Of a DNA stretch of 64,000 bases, positions 37,401-52,929 are shown piece by piece (the stretch's first letter is position 1; the number at the start of each line of letters is the position of its first letter). Source of the DNA: Balanoglossus misakiensis (Eukaryota > Animalia > Hemichordata); the NCBI GenBank assembly GCA_040954595.2, contig CM082591.2, positions 11,859,309-11,923,308 on the forward strand. Direction: 5' to 3'. A model generated the notes under the pieces. That model did not search any database. It was not told where the DNA came from and saw only the letters and a list, made by a program, of their open reading frames with translations. The translations under genes and the position numbers were made by a program.

Positions 37401-39963
37401 GAGATTTCCCTGGACAGTGTCTGTGTGAGAAATGATGGCAAAATATTAATATCATTTATTAGGAAACCTGGCCAGTCACTGAGAAATCTGTCGGCCTTTA
37501 CAAAGTATAGTTCATAATCTTCTCATAAAATGATAAAGTTGCCGCAAAGGTATACAGTCACCTATAATTTACATACGCCCATATATGGCTGAAATGGCGT
37601 ATTTGAGCGTTCTAAAGGACATATGGCGGCGCTCTTTTTTTCACGTGTGCCACCCACTGAAAATCTGTGATTGGCTAGATCTCAAGTTTACCATGGTAAC
37701 TGTAGTTAAATTACCATAGGTGACAATATACCTTAACATATCATATTTCTTCTGGGAAGTGTAATTGTTTTAAGATCAAATATTACATGTACATACCAAT
37801 TGTATGCCTCTCAGATATTGTCTTTCCGTTGATGCACTCACTTTGTGCTCACCAATACTGAATAGCTGTAAATATAATCAAAGGAGAAGAAATCACTCAC
37901 TCATTAGCAATGATACTGCAAAAGTGGAAGTGACTGATTTTGAGTCTGAAGTTGGAAAAGAGTCCCAGTACAGTGTAGAGAGGTTTCCAGATTAGGTAGA
38001 TTTTGCTGTCCAACCATTTTCACACAACGGCCATAAAACTTAAAGAAGAACTATTAAATTACCCAGCCTGATAAGTTTTGTGGTGTTTGGAAAGTCGTCC
38101 ATGTCTGATGACACAAGATCAGCTTTTGATTGTAACATGAGACATGATCAGTTGTGTTTTGGTTCAAAAGAACATGACCTGGTTTAAGAAGCCTTGCAAC
38201 TTCAGGTGACTACAGAAGGAGCTATACTGTGCCCATTGGCCTTGATTTGACTGAGAAACCGTGATTTACTGAAAAGCCACTTGGAAAAGGGTCCACTTTA
38301 TTTCTAAACCAAACTTACCTTCAGGAAGATCATCTTGGCTGACTCTTGACTATCTACAGTGACTTTTCTTGCATCCATCTTGGCTGCAACATCTTTCTTT
38401 TCATCCACCTGCATTGCCTCACTTTTCTCCTCTTTCTTTTCCTCATCTGCAAATAAAAATTGTGTTATGTCCAGGAAATATTATTTACTTTCTGAGAAGA
38501 AACTGGAATATCTAGCTTTGCAAATCAGTTAGTGAAATAAGAGAACGCAAACAATTAATTGTCATGAAATAGTCACCTCTGTTAATATCGCGAAAAATTT
38601 CCCATCACAAAAATTACCAAGATTACAGTAACCTAAAAATATAAAATCCTAATAATGTCCAAAGTTGAAGAATTCTATATGTATGACTTAACTTTTGAGA
38701 CACTATTTCACAACACAAATACTAGTACCTTTGTTCTCTTTATCCAGGAATGAATTTTTTTCCACCTTCTGCTCCTCTCATCTGTTGAACTTCCACTAAC
38801 TGAGCCATGTATCCTTTGTCAACCACAGCCTGTTCCATACTGTACAGATCTTGTCTGCAGGCCATGTCGAGATGCTGCAGTAGTTTGCTGTGAAAAGAAA
38901 CAGAAGTGTTACATGTGTATGTGTGTTACAGGGCCAGATCACGGCACATCATGACAAAATCTTTGTGAATATGGTGCTAGCATCATGTTTATAGCAGATC
39001 ATGTGTATTCATACTTGTGGGCCAAATGACCTTAATATGTGGTTTGTTGTATGACTTAATTATAACACACACACCCAGTTTTTTTAATAGTCCTGCTTGA
39101 AAGATCACAGAGTGTCTTTGGCTACTGAAAAGCACCACCACAATGAGAGATAACTCACAACACCGAAGAGTAAATCTCTAAAGTTGTAATTTAAACCAAG
39201 TATGGAAATTGGGATGTACGGTAGCTTTGATGAGGAATAATTCTAGAGTTACAACATACCTCATGCTGTTGACTGGTATACCAAAGGACTGCACAAACAA
39301 GACCAACTGAGCTGGTTCCAAGTCTTCCAGGGCTGAAAAAAATGACAAATTCAGGATGAAAACAACAAAAGTTTGGTGAGAAAAGATCCCAAGTTGAATT
39401 GACACACAGATTGGCAGATATTTCCACGAAATATCACATGTAAATGGTGCAACAACAGATTAACCGATCAGGCCATGACAAATACTGCACCTCTTCACAA
39501 AAACTGCTGGGTTGCAATTTATAGCATAAAATTACTGTAAAACAGGAAATTTTTGTGATATCACAAGAGAGCTGACTATTCCATTGCTCACATTGTTTCT
39601 TTGCGACCATTTATTTTCACGTTTTTTGGCTCTCACGAAATTCGCAAAAATTTCCCCTTTTACAATAGTATGGTTGGATCTATACAATGTATACATTGAA
39701 TGGGGATGAACACTGGACAGTGGAGCATTCTATATTAAAATTTGGGAAAACATTGAAGCCATATTAAGGTCATACTTGATTAAGCTGAAAGTCGGCACAG
39801 AATAAATTTGAAATTCAATTGGCTACAAAAATTGACTTTTCTGCCATTCTGAGATCTCCATGCTGAGCTCAATTATGTTGCTGCTTCATATAGTGGTCAG
39901 CAATAAAAACTTACTACTGTTACAGTGGTTATACATGTAACTCTTATTAAATGTTTGTTTTTT
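33956..39963. repeat. Unit 6 (short type), 6008 bp
   Basis: Junction at 34406. Lacks the 14-bp duplication. Confidence 0.95.
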
Positions 39964-40414
39964 TCTTGTTTTATCATGAAATCTGACAATATCACGAAAT
40001 CTGACTGTGGGTGGCACGACAGAATAAAACTGGTTTTCGTCTCAACTTTTGTACATGTAGTGACACAATGAAAGAATGACAGAGAAACTGCTAACAGACA
40101 GATTATTATATATTTTTTTACCTTTTCATGTCACTTTTATAAAACACTGCATGGCAACAAATGTGAACCATGAACAATTTGCAAGACAATGAACTAGAAG
40201 TTGAACGAGATTTGAAGACCTGCTCTGGAAGTAATTGATTGACACTCACCCATGAGTAAGATTCCGCATGGGGCTGTGTGGCTTTCTTCAAGTAATTGTA
40301 GAATATATGTAACATGGATGTCAGTGTACATAGTGTTGGTCTGGTCGGCACTGGTGTCTCTACACAGCATGGAGCTGAGTATGGTGGGCCTTTCTACAAT
40401 CAACTGAGCTAAAT
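34955..40414 (-). pseudogene. INTS1: Partial INTS1 pseudogene copy F (8 exons)
   Basis: As copy D. Confidence 0.88.
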
Positions 40415-43400
40415 GTGACAATGTGTAATTAAAGAGAAATATACAGTCAGTGGAGTAAAGGGTATAACACAATCATACTGATGGAATTCTCACTACCTGA
40501 AATAGGTTTTTGCTACCTAGGTGAGTGATGAATAAAGGTCTAATGTCCTCTCTGATATAACATACTAGTGTATGGTAAATGTCTTTCAGAGATCTACACA
40601 TTAAAGGGACAAACTCTCTACAGTTAATTCATTTTGGGGAGATTTTTACTCTCATATCCTACAAACGGGATGGAAGTTGTGTGTGGTCGAACATTGATTC
40701 ACTATATATCCACATGTAGAATAACATAAATGGTGTCTTGTATCAAACATAATGTATGGAAAAAGGGCAGCGAGAGAGAGACTTTGTCCCTTTAAATATC
40801 ATAGCTGGCATACAGTTATAAATATGCATTTTTTGATTTATGTCTTGCAAGTACAAAACTGTTCTTTATTAAAAAGAAATACAGACAAGGTGATCCCAGG
40901 AACATAAAACCCAAAACTCAAAGCTACCAGACAGATGAGTCTTGAGATAAACTTGGACTTACTTGTCAATCAATCTGGACTGCTCTTGTAACAACAACTC
41001 ACTCAATGCTTCACTGGTGCTGGATGATTTTGTTGGCACTTGCATAGCAACAGATAAGGCTTTATTCAGAAACTCTTCTAGTTGGCTGGAATTGGCGCCT
41101 GTCAGCTGGTGATACACTGCATATGGTGCAAAGTCAAACAAAATTCACCCAATCATAAAATGTATCATTAACATGATCATACCATAAAATATGTGAATGA
41201 ATTACAATTATAGCGTGCGCATATTGAATCATACGAAATCACACCAAATAACGCGAGACTTAGAAATAACATTACATGTGTATGGTGCCACTTAAACGAC
41301 ACCATTTATTCTTTTTGAGCCTAAATCATGTTTAACCACAACTAGACAACCACAATGACCTTGTGAGAATGAAACCCACCAATAAATACATGTAGATAAT
41401 CTGAAGCTATCACAGAAACAGAATGTCTTTGACAAAGTATTGCAAAGCCTTCAGTTGACCGCGAAAAAGTTGACGAAGCATGCATGTGGAAAGTGGAGTG
41501 TTGACAACAATGTGAATATATGCACGATAGCTTGCTGCGCTCGCACTCAGGTCAAACCTGTTACATATTACCAAAAATGTGGATCTATATAATTAACATT
41601 GGGTCCGTTCCTTCTTATCCCACTCGTGTTTCTGTTTGTTTGGTGAGAATATCTAATAGGTTAGCCCCTTTCACTCCCAGTTCCTTCTTTAGAGGTCCAA
41701 CCTTACCATAGAAAACGATGGGTTTGGACAGGAACATGGCGGTGAAAGGGTTCAGGTGCTTGAGGGAGTGTTAAAAATGCAGACTTTACCTTTCTATAAC
41801 ATGTCTCTATCTACAGCCATCCGTCCCTCAGTGACGGCTTCAATGATTTCACTCACTTCATCCAAGTTGCCACCACTGGCTTTGATGGGACTTTTCTCAC
41901 TGCTCAGGGATTTCGCTGGAAGGAAGGACGTAAGACTGAAATTAAGGCATACGTCCCTACATAAAGGGAGGACATTTGGACATGATACCACAAATGGTTA
42001 ATGGAGTTTCTGGGAAGGTTTTCAAATTCCAGGAATTTCCAGGAGTGTACGAATCCAGTTAAGAATTCTTTATGTCATGTGATCTGGCCATGTGACCTGC
42101 AGCATTGTCATTTCCAGGTGACGGCAAACAACATAGTGGCATCCAGTAAAAGTTTTCCACGTATGTAAGTACTTAAGAACCGCCAGACATGTAACATGTA
42201 TCAGGTATAGTACCTCATCAGCCTCATGGCATTTTGTCTGCACAGTCTTTGTCTGCACCACGTTGCTGAAGTTGCCTGTCATCTGGAAAATTGAATGCCA
42301 ACGTATTTGCGCTTGAGCGCGTCTGGCGTCTTTTGATATCAAAGAATAAATGCATTGTACAAACTTGAAACTATGTAGAATTTTTCTATTTATCCTGTGT
42401 GATATAGTGAAAACGCTCAAGTTACAGTTTGTGTATGGTTTTGAGAATTATTTCACTGCTTGAGGTAAGTGAAATAAACAGCTCACCTTGTTGTCTGTTG
42501 ACTTTTTCATACTGGTTGAGAAGTTTTGTAAACACACTGTTTTCAGACTTTGATGAACTCAAAATTGCAGACACTAGCTGGACAAATCTCATCATATCTT
42601 CCTTCTTTTCAAGATGTTTCTAAATGATATAAAGGAGTGAGAGTGAGAATTGTGCATGATTATGTCAGTTTTGAACTTTCATGTCTGTTTTGGACTGAGA
42701 GCTGTTGAATGAGAGAGAGAGAGGGAGAGAGAGATCGCGCTCGAACAATCAGGGGGTCACGCAGACGTAATCTTTTCATTGGCGTGATACTGATATCACC
42801 ACGTAACTTGCAATTCCCAAGAGTGCGACTGTACATACGTAAACTGTATCAAATTCAACTCATTCACGTCATATGAGAGGAGGTATACCGTGCGAATGCG
42901 AGCGCTGGGGGAACCGGGTACCGCCTACTTGAAATGGACCTCTTCCCTTAGTGAAGTCAAATAATCATAATTATCTATCATGTAAGAAGTCAAAAATGTA
43001 AGAGAATGTTTTAATAAATATGTCAACTTATTATTTATATTCCCCTGTAAATGTCTCATAATTTGAGGAATAATATTTTGGAAGCTGAACGGAAGTTGCA
43101 ACTCAAATCAAATTTCAACTTCTCCAATATATGGAATAACACTATAAGCCTACTGACTTGAGAAACTCAAATTGAATTTCAAATTCTCGAACAAACGAAA
43201 ATATGTTTGAATGTAAGTAATCTTACTATAAAATTGACATGCAATTACCTGTCGTTGGTGAAGCAAACTGAACAATGGACATGACAAATGATGTTTTCTG
43301 TGTAGATTATAAATAAACTGACTCTCATCACTTGATGTTAGGATTTCTTGCATTGCCAGAATGATGTGATCACCAGAATTCTCTGATGAATCAAACAATT

Positions 43401-45968
43401 TCAGCCTGGAGATTTCCCTGGACAGTGTCTGTGTGAGAAATGATGGCAAAATATTAATATCATTTATTAGGAAACCTGGCCAGTCACTGAGAAATCTGTC
43501 GGCCTTTACAAAGTATAGTTCATAATCTTCTCATAAAATGATAAAGTTGCCGCAAAGGTATACAGTCACCTATAATTTACATACGCCCATATATGGCTGA
43601 AATGGCGTATTTGAGCGTTCTAAAGGACATATGGCGGCGCTCTTTTTTTCGCGTGTGCCACCCACTGAAAATCTGTGATTGGCTAGATCTCAAGTTTACC
43701 ATGGTAACTGTAGTTAAATTACCATAGGTGACAATATACCTTAACATATCATATTTCTTCTGGGAAGTGTAATTGTTTTAAGATCAAATATTACATGTAC
43801 ATACCAATTGTATGCCTCTCAGATATTGTCTTTCCGTTGATGCACTCACTTTGTGCTCACCAATACTGAATAGCTGTAAATATAATCAAAGGAGAAGAAA
43901 TCACTCACTCATTAGCAATGATACTGCAAAAGTGGAAGTGACTGATTTTGAGTCTGAAGTTGGAAAAGAGTCCCAGTACAGTGTAGAGAGGTTTCCAGAT
44001 TAGGTAGATTTTGCTGTCCAACCATTTTCACACAACGGCCATAAAACTTAAAGAAGAACTATTAAATTACCCAGCCTGATAAGTTTTGTGGTGTTTGGAA
44101 AGTCGTCCATGTCTGATGACACAAGATCAGCTTTTGATTGTAACATGAGACATGATCAGTTGTGTTTTGGTTCAAAAGAACATGACCTGGTTTAAGAAGC
44201 CTTGCAACTTCAGGTGACTACAGAAGGAGCTATACTGTGCCCATTGGCCTTGATTTGACTGAGAAACCATGATTTACTGAAAAGCCACTTGGAAAAGGGT
44301 CCACTTTATTTCTAAACCAAACTTACCTTCAGGAAGATCATCTTGGCTGACTCTTGACTATCTACAGTGACTTTTCTTGCATCCATCTTGGCTGCAACAT
44401 CTTTCTTTTCATCCACCTGCATTGCCTCACTTTTCTCCTCTTTCTTTTCCTCATCTGCAAATAAAAATTGTGTTATGTCCAGGAAATATTATTTACTTTC
44501 TGAGAAGAAACTGGAATATCTAGCTTTGCAAATCAGTTAGTGAAATAAGAGAACGCAAACAATTAATTGTCATGAAATAGTCACCTCTGTTAATATCGCG
44601 AAAAATTTCCCATCACAAAAATTACCAAGATTACACTAACCTAAAAATATAAAATCCTAATAATGTCCAAAGTTGAAGAATTCTATATGTATGACTTAAC
44701 TTTTGAGACACTATTTCACAACACAAATACTAGTACCTTTGTTCTCTTTATCCAGGAATGAATTTTTTTCCACCTTCTGCTCCTCTCATCTGTTGAACTT
44801 CCACTAACTGAGCCATGTATCCTTTGTCAACCACAGCCTGTTCCATACTGTACAGATCTTGTCTGCAGGCCATGTCGAGATGCTGCAGTAGTTTGCTGTG
44901 AAAAGAAACAGAAGTGTTACATGTGTATGTGTGTTACAGGGCCAGATCACGGCACATCATGACAAAATCTTTGTGAATATGGTGCTAGCATCATGTTTAT
45001 AGCAGATCATGTGTATTCATACTTGTGGGCCAAATGACCTTAATATGTGGTTTGTTGTATGACTTAATTATAACACACACACCCAGTTTTTTTAATAGTC
45101 CTGCTTGAAAGATCACAGAGTGTCTTTGGCTACTGAAAAGCACCACCACAATGAGAGATAACTCACAACACCGAAGAGTAAATCTCTAAAGTTGTAATTT
45201 AAACCAAGTATGGAAATTGGGATGTACGGTAGCTTTGATGAGGAATAATTCTAGAGTTACAACATACCTCATGCTGTTGACTGGTATACCAAAGGACTGC
45301 ACAAACAAGACCAACTGAGCTGGTTCCAAGTCTTCCAGGGCTGAAAAAAATGACAAATTCAGGATGAAAACAACAAAAGTTTGGTGAGAAAAGATCCCAA
45401 GTTGAATTGACACACAGATTGGCAGATATTTCCACGAAATATCACATGTAAATGGTGCAACAACAGATTAACCGATCAGGCCATGACAAATACTGCACCT
45501 CTTCACAAAAACTGCTGGGTTGCAATTTATAGCATAAAATTACTGTAAAACAGGAAATTTTTGTGATATCACAAGAGAGCTGACTATTCCATTGCTCACA
45601 TTGTTTCTTTGCGACCATTTATTTTCACGTTTTTTGGCTCTCACGAAATTCGCAAAATTTTCCCCTTTTACAATAGTATGGTTGGATCTATACAATGTAT
45701 ACATTGAATGGGGATGAACACTGGACAGTGGAGCATTCTATATTAAAATTTGGGAAAACATTGAAGCCATATTAAGGTCATACTTGATTAAGCTGAAAGA
45801 CGGCACAGAATAAATTTGAAATTTAATTGGCTACAAAAATTGACTTTTCTGCCATTCTGAGATCTCCATGCTGAGCTCAATTATGTTGCTGCTTCATATA
45901 GTGGTCAGCAATAAAAACTTACTACTGTTACAGTGGTTATACATGTAACTCTTATTAAATGTTTTTTT
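39964..45968. repeat. Unit 7 (short type), 6005 bp
   Basis: Junction at 40414. Confidence 0.95.
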
Positions 45969-46888
45969 TCTTGTTTTATCATGAAATCTGACAATATCAC
46001 GAAATCTGACTGTGGGTGGCACGACAGAATAAAACTGGTTTTCGTCTCAACTTTTGTACATGTAGTGACACAATGAAAGAATGACAGAGAAACTGCTAAC
46101 AGACAGATTATTATATATTTTTTTACCTTTTCATGTCACTTTTATAAAACACTGCATGGCAACAAATGTGAACCATGAACAATTTGCAAGACAATGAACT
46201 AGAAGTTGAACGAGATTTGAAGACCTGCTCTGGAAGTAATTGATTGACACTCACCCATGAGTAAGATTCCGCATGGGGCTGTGTGGCTTTCTTCAAGTAA
46301 TTGTAGAATATATGTAACATGGATGTCAGTGTACATAGTGTTGGTCTGGTCGGCACTGGTGTCTCTACACAGCATGGAGCTGAGTATGGTGGGCCTTTCT
46401 ACAATCAACTGAGCTAAATCCTAGAATCAGAAAGGTAGCAGTGAAGTAAAATCAAATATGTTTGTCAAAACAACAACAACAATAACAACACACATAATCA
46501 TATTCAAATAAAAATCACTTGGTTCATGCTTAGAACTTTCTATAAACTTACTCTTTTTTTTTTGCACATACTCCAATGAAAATACTGTTTGATATATAGA
46601 TCACAGACTTTTGCATTTTCAACTGTTTTTGTTCTAATACTATTTGTGTGTAGCCCTCACCCAGAACCTGTATGTATGATTCACAATCATATGTCTTTAT
46701 TTGTTTCTACCAGAGGTCTCCACGACTCATACTGGAAATACACAAATCATCATCTTACCAATGCAAGGTCGGCCATTTCATGAAGCTGATTGGTCGAAGA
46801 ATATTTGGAGAGGAACATGATGTACGCACTGATGGTGAGTGGCTCTGTTTCCATCTGGCAAGCCTTAGGACTAACAGCACATCGCTCA
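40963..46888 (-). pseudogene. INTS1: Partial INTS1 pseudogene copy G (GLLIDW exon deleted)
   Basis: The METEP exon comes from unit 8 and the remainder from units 8 and 7. Confidence 0.88.
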
Positions 46889-49800
46889 CTGTGTTAAACG
46901 GCACAAAAGTTACAATTTCTGTCAAACTCTGCACCTATTCTAGTTTCCCCCCAAAAAATTCACGAAAATGGCAAGCTAGACTTCAGTGTTATATCGAAAT
47001 TCTACATTAAATTAAGCACTAAGCCTCATATATTGGCAACTCATTCTCCACATGAGGCATTTTCAGATCTTTACACGATTTTCTGTGTACAAAGATCAAC
47101 CTGAAGAAGTATGATACAATTTCTCACCTAGTTGAGTCTGTCCTTGGTTTGAGTAACCAATCGATACATTTATGCAAAGTCTGCCAATTACTCTGGTGGC
47201 TCAACAGTGCCAGCAAATAAGCACTGCACGAACTTTGAACTTTGCCCTCTGTTCTGGGTTTGTGCGTCTTGACAAAGAGTAACTGGTGTTGCAGTTGAGG
47301 GCAACTTTGCACAATCTCGGGGTCCAGGAGATCCAGCCAATCAATAAGCAGCCCTGCCGTTGACCAGCCTAATTCGCATCTGTGTGTAATTAAAGAGAAA
47401 TATACAGTCAGTGGAGTAAAGGGTATAACACAATCATACTGATGGAATTCTCACTACCTGAAATAGGTTTTTGCTACCTAGGTGAGTGATGAATAAAGGT
47501 CTAATGTCCTCTCTGATATAACATACTAGTGTATGGTAAATGTCTTTCAGAGATCTACACATTAAAGGGACAAACTCTCTACAGTTAATTCATTTTGGGG
47601 AGATTTTTACTCTCATATCCTACAAACGGGATGGAAGTTGTGTGTGGTCGAACATTGATTCACTATATATCCACATGTAGAATAACATAAATGGTGTCTT
47701 GTATCAAACATAATGTATGGAAAAAGGGCAGCGAGAGAGAGACTTTGTCCCTTTAAATATCATAGCTGGCATACAGTTATAAATATGCATTTTTTGATTT
47801 ATGTCTTGCAAGTACAAAACTGTTCTTTATTAAAAAGAAATACAGACAAGGTGATCCCAGGAACATAAAACCCAAAACTCAAAGCTACCAGACAGATGAG
47901 TCTTGAGATAAACTTGGACTTACTTGTCAATCAATCTGGACTGCTCTTGTAACAACAACTCACTCAATGCTTCACTGGTGCTGGATGATTTTGTTGGCAC
48001 TTGCATAGCAACAGATAAGGCTTTATTCAGAAACTCTTCTAGTTGGCTGGAATTGGCGCCTGTCAGCTGGTGATACACTGCATATGGTGCAAAGTCAAAC
48101 AAAATTCACCCAATCATAAAATGTATCATTAACATGATCATACCATAAAAAATGTGAATGAATTACAATTATAGCGTGCGCATATTGAATAACACGAAAT
48201 CACACCAAATAACGCGAGACTTAGAAATAACATTACATGTGTATGGTGCCACTTAAACGACACCATTTATTCTTTTTGAGCCTAAATCATGTTTAACCAC
48301 AACTAGACAACCACAATGACCTTGTGAGAATGAAACCCACCAATAAATACATGTAGATAATCTGAAGCTATCACAGAAACAGAATGTCTTTGACAAAGTA
48401 TTGCAAAGCCTTCAGTTGACCGCGAAAAAGTTGACGAAGCATGCATGTGGAAAGTGGAGTGTTGACAACAATGTGAATATATGCACGATAGCTTGCTGCG
48501 CTCGCACTCAGGTCAAACCTGTTACATATTACCAAAAATGTGGATCTATATAATTAACATTGGGTCCGTTCCTTCTTATCCCACTCGTGTTTCTGTTTGT
48601 TTGGTGAGAATATCTAATAGGTTAGCCCCTTTCACTCCCAGTTCCTTCTTTAGAGGTCCAACCTTACCATAGAAAACGATGGGTTTGGACTGGAACATGG
48701 CGGTGAAAGGGTTCAGGTGCTTGAGGGAGTGTTAAAAATGCAGACTTTACCTTTCTATAACATGTCTCTATCTACAGCCATCCGTCCCTCAGTGACGGCT
48801 TCAATGATTTCACTCACTTCATCCAAGTTGCCACCACTGGCTTTGATGGGACTTTTCTCACTGCTCAGGGATTTCGCTGGAAGGAAGGACGTAAGACTGG
48901 AATTAAGGCATACGTCCCTACATAAAGGGAGGACATTTGGACATGATACCACAAATGGTTAATGGAGTTTCTGGGAAGGTTTTCAAATTCCAGGAATTTC
49001 CAGGAGTGTACGAATCCAGTTAAGAATTCTTTATGTCATGTGATCTGGCCATGTGACCTGCAGCATTGTCATTTCCAGGTGACAGCAAACAACATAGTGG
49101 CATCCAGTAAAAGTTTTCCACGTATGTAAGTACTTAAGAACCGCCAGACATGTAACATGTATCAGGTATAGTACCTCATCAGCCTCATGGCATTTTGTCT
49201 GCACAGTCTTTGTCTGCACCACGTTGCTGAAGTTGCATGTCATCTGGAAAATTGAATGCCAACGTATTTGCGCTTGAGCGCGTCTGGCGTCTTTTGATAT
49301 CAAAGAATAAATGCATTGTACAAACTTGAAACTATGTAGAATTTTTCTATTTATCCTGTGTGATATAGTGAAAACGCTCAAGTTACAGTTTGTGTATGGT
49401 TTTGAGAATTATTTCACTGCTTGAGGTAAGTGAAATAAACAGCTCACCTTGTTGTCTGTTGACTTTTTCATACTGGTTGAGAAGTTTTGTAAACACACTG
49501 TTTTCAGACTTTGATGAACTCAAAATTGCAGACACTAGCTGGACAAATCTCATCATATCTTCCTTCTTTTCAAGATGTTTCTAAATGATATAAAGGAGTG
49601 AGAGTGAGAATTGTGCATGATTATGTCAGTTTTGAACTTTCATGTCTGTTTTGGACTGAGAGCTGTTGAATGAGAGAGAGAGAGGGAGAGAGAGATCACG
49701 CTCGAACAATCAGGGGGTCACGCAGACGTAATCTTTTCATTGGCGTGATACTGATATCACCACGTAACTTGCAATTCCCAAGAGTGCGACTGTACGTACG

Positions 49801-52800
49801 TAAACTGTATCAAATTCAACTCATTCACGTCATATGAGAGGAGGTATACCGTGCGAATGCGAGCGCTGGGGGAACCGGGTACCGCCTACTTGAAATGGAC
49901 CTCTTCCCTTAGTGAAGTCAAATAATCATAATTATCTATCATGTAAGAAGTCAAAAATGTAAGAGAATGTTTTAATAAATATGTCAACTTATTATTTATA
50001 TTCCCCTGTAAATGTCTCATAATTTGAGGAATAATATTTTGGAAGCTGAACGGAAGTTGCAACTCAAATCAAATTTCAACTTCTCCAATATATGGAATAA
50101 CACTATAAGCCTACTGACTTGAGAAACTCAAATTGAATTTCAAATTCTCGAACAAACGAAAATATGTTTGAATGTAAGTAATCTTACTATAAAATTGACA
50201 TGCAATTACCTGTCGTTGGTGAAGCAAACTGAACAATGGACATGACAAATGATGTTTTCTGTGTAGATTATAAATAAACTGACTCTCATCACTTGATGTT
50301 AGGATTTCTTGCATTGCCAGAATGATGTGATCACCAGAATTCTCTGATGAATCAAACAATTTCAGCCTGGAGATTTCCCTGGACAGTGTCTGTGTGAGAA
50401 ATGATGGCAAAATATTAATATCATTTATTAGGAAACCTGGCCAGTCACTGAGAAATCTGTCGGCCTTTACAAAGTATAGTTCATAATCTTCTCATAAAAT
50501 GATAAAGTTGCCGCAAAGGTATACAGTCACCTATAATTTACATACGCCCATATATGGCTGAAATGGCGTATTTGAGCGTTCTAAAGGACATATGGCGGCG
50601 CTCTTTTTTTCGCGTGTGCCACCCACTGAAAATCTGTGATTGGCTAGATCTCAAGTTTACCATGGTAACTGTAGTTAAATTACCATAGGTGACAATATAC
50701 CTTAACATATCATATTTCTTCTGGGAAGTGTAATTGTTTTAAGATCAAATATTACATGTACATACCAATTGTATGCCTCTCAGATATTGTCTTTCTGTTG
50801 ATGCAATCAATTTGTGCTCACCAATACTGAATAGCTGTAAATATAATCAAAGGAGAAGAAATCACTCACTCATTAGCAATGATACTGCAAAAGTGGAAGT
50901 GACTGATTTTGAGTATGAAGTTGGAAAAGAGTCCCAGTACAGTGTAGAGAGGTTTCCAGATTAGGTAGATTTTGCTGTCCAACCATTTTCACACAACGGC
51001 CATAAAACTTAAAGAAGAACTATTAAATTACCCAGCCTGATAAGTTTTGTGGTGTTTGGAAAGTCGTCCATGTCTGATGACACAAGATCAGCTTTTGATT
51101 GTAACATGAGACATGATCAGTTGTGTTTTGGTTCAAAAGAACATGACCTGGTTTAAGAAGCCTTGCAACTTCAGGTGACTACAGAAGGAGCTATACTGTG
51201 CCCATTGGCCTTGATTTGACTGAGAAACCATGATTTACTGAAAAGCCACTTGGAAAAGGGTCCACTTTATTTCTAAACCAAACTTACCTTCAGGAAGATC
51301 ATCTTGGCTGACTCTTGACTATCTACAGTGACTTTTCTTGCATCCATCTTGGCTGCAACATCTTTCTTTTCATCCACCTGCATTGCCTCACTTTTCTCCT
51401 CTTTCTTTTCCTCATCTGCAAATAAAAATTGTGTTATGTCCAGGAAATATTATTTACTTTCTGAGAAGAAACTGGAATATCTAGCTTTGCAAATCAGTTA
51501 GTGAAATAAGAGAACGCAAACAATTAATTGTCATGAAATAGTCACCTCTGTTAATATCGCGAAAAATTTCCCATCACAAAAATTACCAAGATTACAGTAA
51601 CCTAAAAATATAAAATCCTAATAATGTCCAAAGTTGAAGAATTCTATATGTATGACTTAACTTTTGAGACACTATTTCACAACACAAATACTAGTACCTT
51701 TGTTCTCTTTATCCAGGAATGAATTTTTTTCCACCTTCTGCTCCTCTCATCTGTTGAACTTCCACTAACTGAGCCATGTATCCTTTGTCAACCACAGCCT
51801 GTTCCATACTGTACAGATCTTGTCTGCAGGCCATGTCGAGATGCTGCAGTAGTTTGCTGTGAAAAGAAACAGAAGTGTTACATGTGTATGTGTGTTACAG
51901 GGCCAGATCACGGCACATCATGACAAAATCTTTGTGAATATGGTGCTAGCATCATGTTTATAGCAGATCATGTGTATTCATACTTGTGGGCCAAATGACC
52001 TTAATATGTGGTTTGTTGTATGACTTAATTATAACACACACACCCAGTTTTTTAATAGTCCTGCTTGAAAGATCACAGAGTGTCTTTGGCTACTGAAAAG
52101 CACCACCACAATGAGAGATAACTCACAACACCGAAGAGTAAATCTCTAAAGTTGTAATTTAAACCAAGTATGGAAATTGGGATGTACGGTAGCTTTGATG
52201 AGGAATAATTCTAGAGTTACAACATACCTCATGCTGTTGACTGGTATACCAAAGGACTGCACAAACAAGACCAACTGAGCTGGTTCCAAGTCTTCCAGGG
52301 CTGAAAAAAATGACAAATTCAGGATGAAAACAACAAAAGTTTGGTGAGAAAAGATCCCAAGTTGAATTGACACACAGATTGGCAGATATTTCCACGAAAT
52401 ATCACATGTAAATGGTGCAACAACAGATTAACCGATCAGGCCATGACAAATACTGCACCTCTTCACAAAAACTGCTGGGTTGCAATTTATAGCATAAAAT
52501 TACTGTAAAACAGGAAATTTTTGTGATATCACAAGAGAGCTGACTATTCCATTGCTCACATTGTTTCTTTGCGACCATTTATTTTCACGTTTTTTGGCTC
52601 TCACGAAATTCGCAAAAATTTCCCCTTTTACAATAGTATGGTTGGATCTATACAATGTATACATTGAATGGGGATGAACACTGGACAGTGGAGCATTCTA
52701 TATTAAAATTTGGGAAAACATTGAAGCCATATTAAGGTCATACTTGATTAAGCTGAAAGACGGCACAGAATAAATTTGAAATTCAATTGGCTACAAAAAT

Positions 52801-52929
52801 TGACTTTTCTGCCATTCTGAGATCTCCATGCTGAGCTCAATTATGTTGCTGCTTCATATAGTGGTCAGCAATAAAAACTTACTACTGTTACAGTGGTTAT
52901 ACATGTAACTCTTATTAAATGTTTTTTTT
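45969..52929. repeat. Unit 8 (long type), 6961 bp
   Basis: Retains the 962-bp segment (ORFs at 46589, 46672, 47124). Confidence 0.95.
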
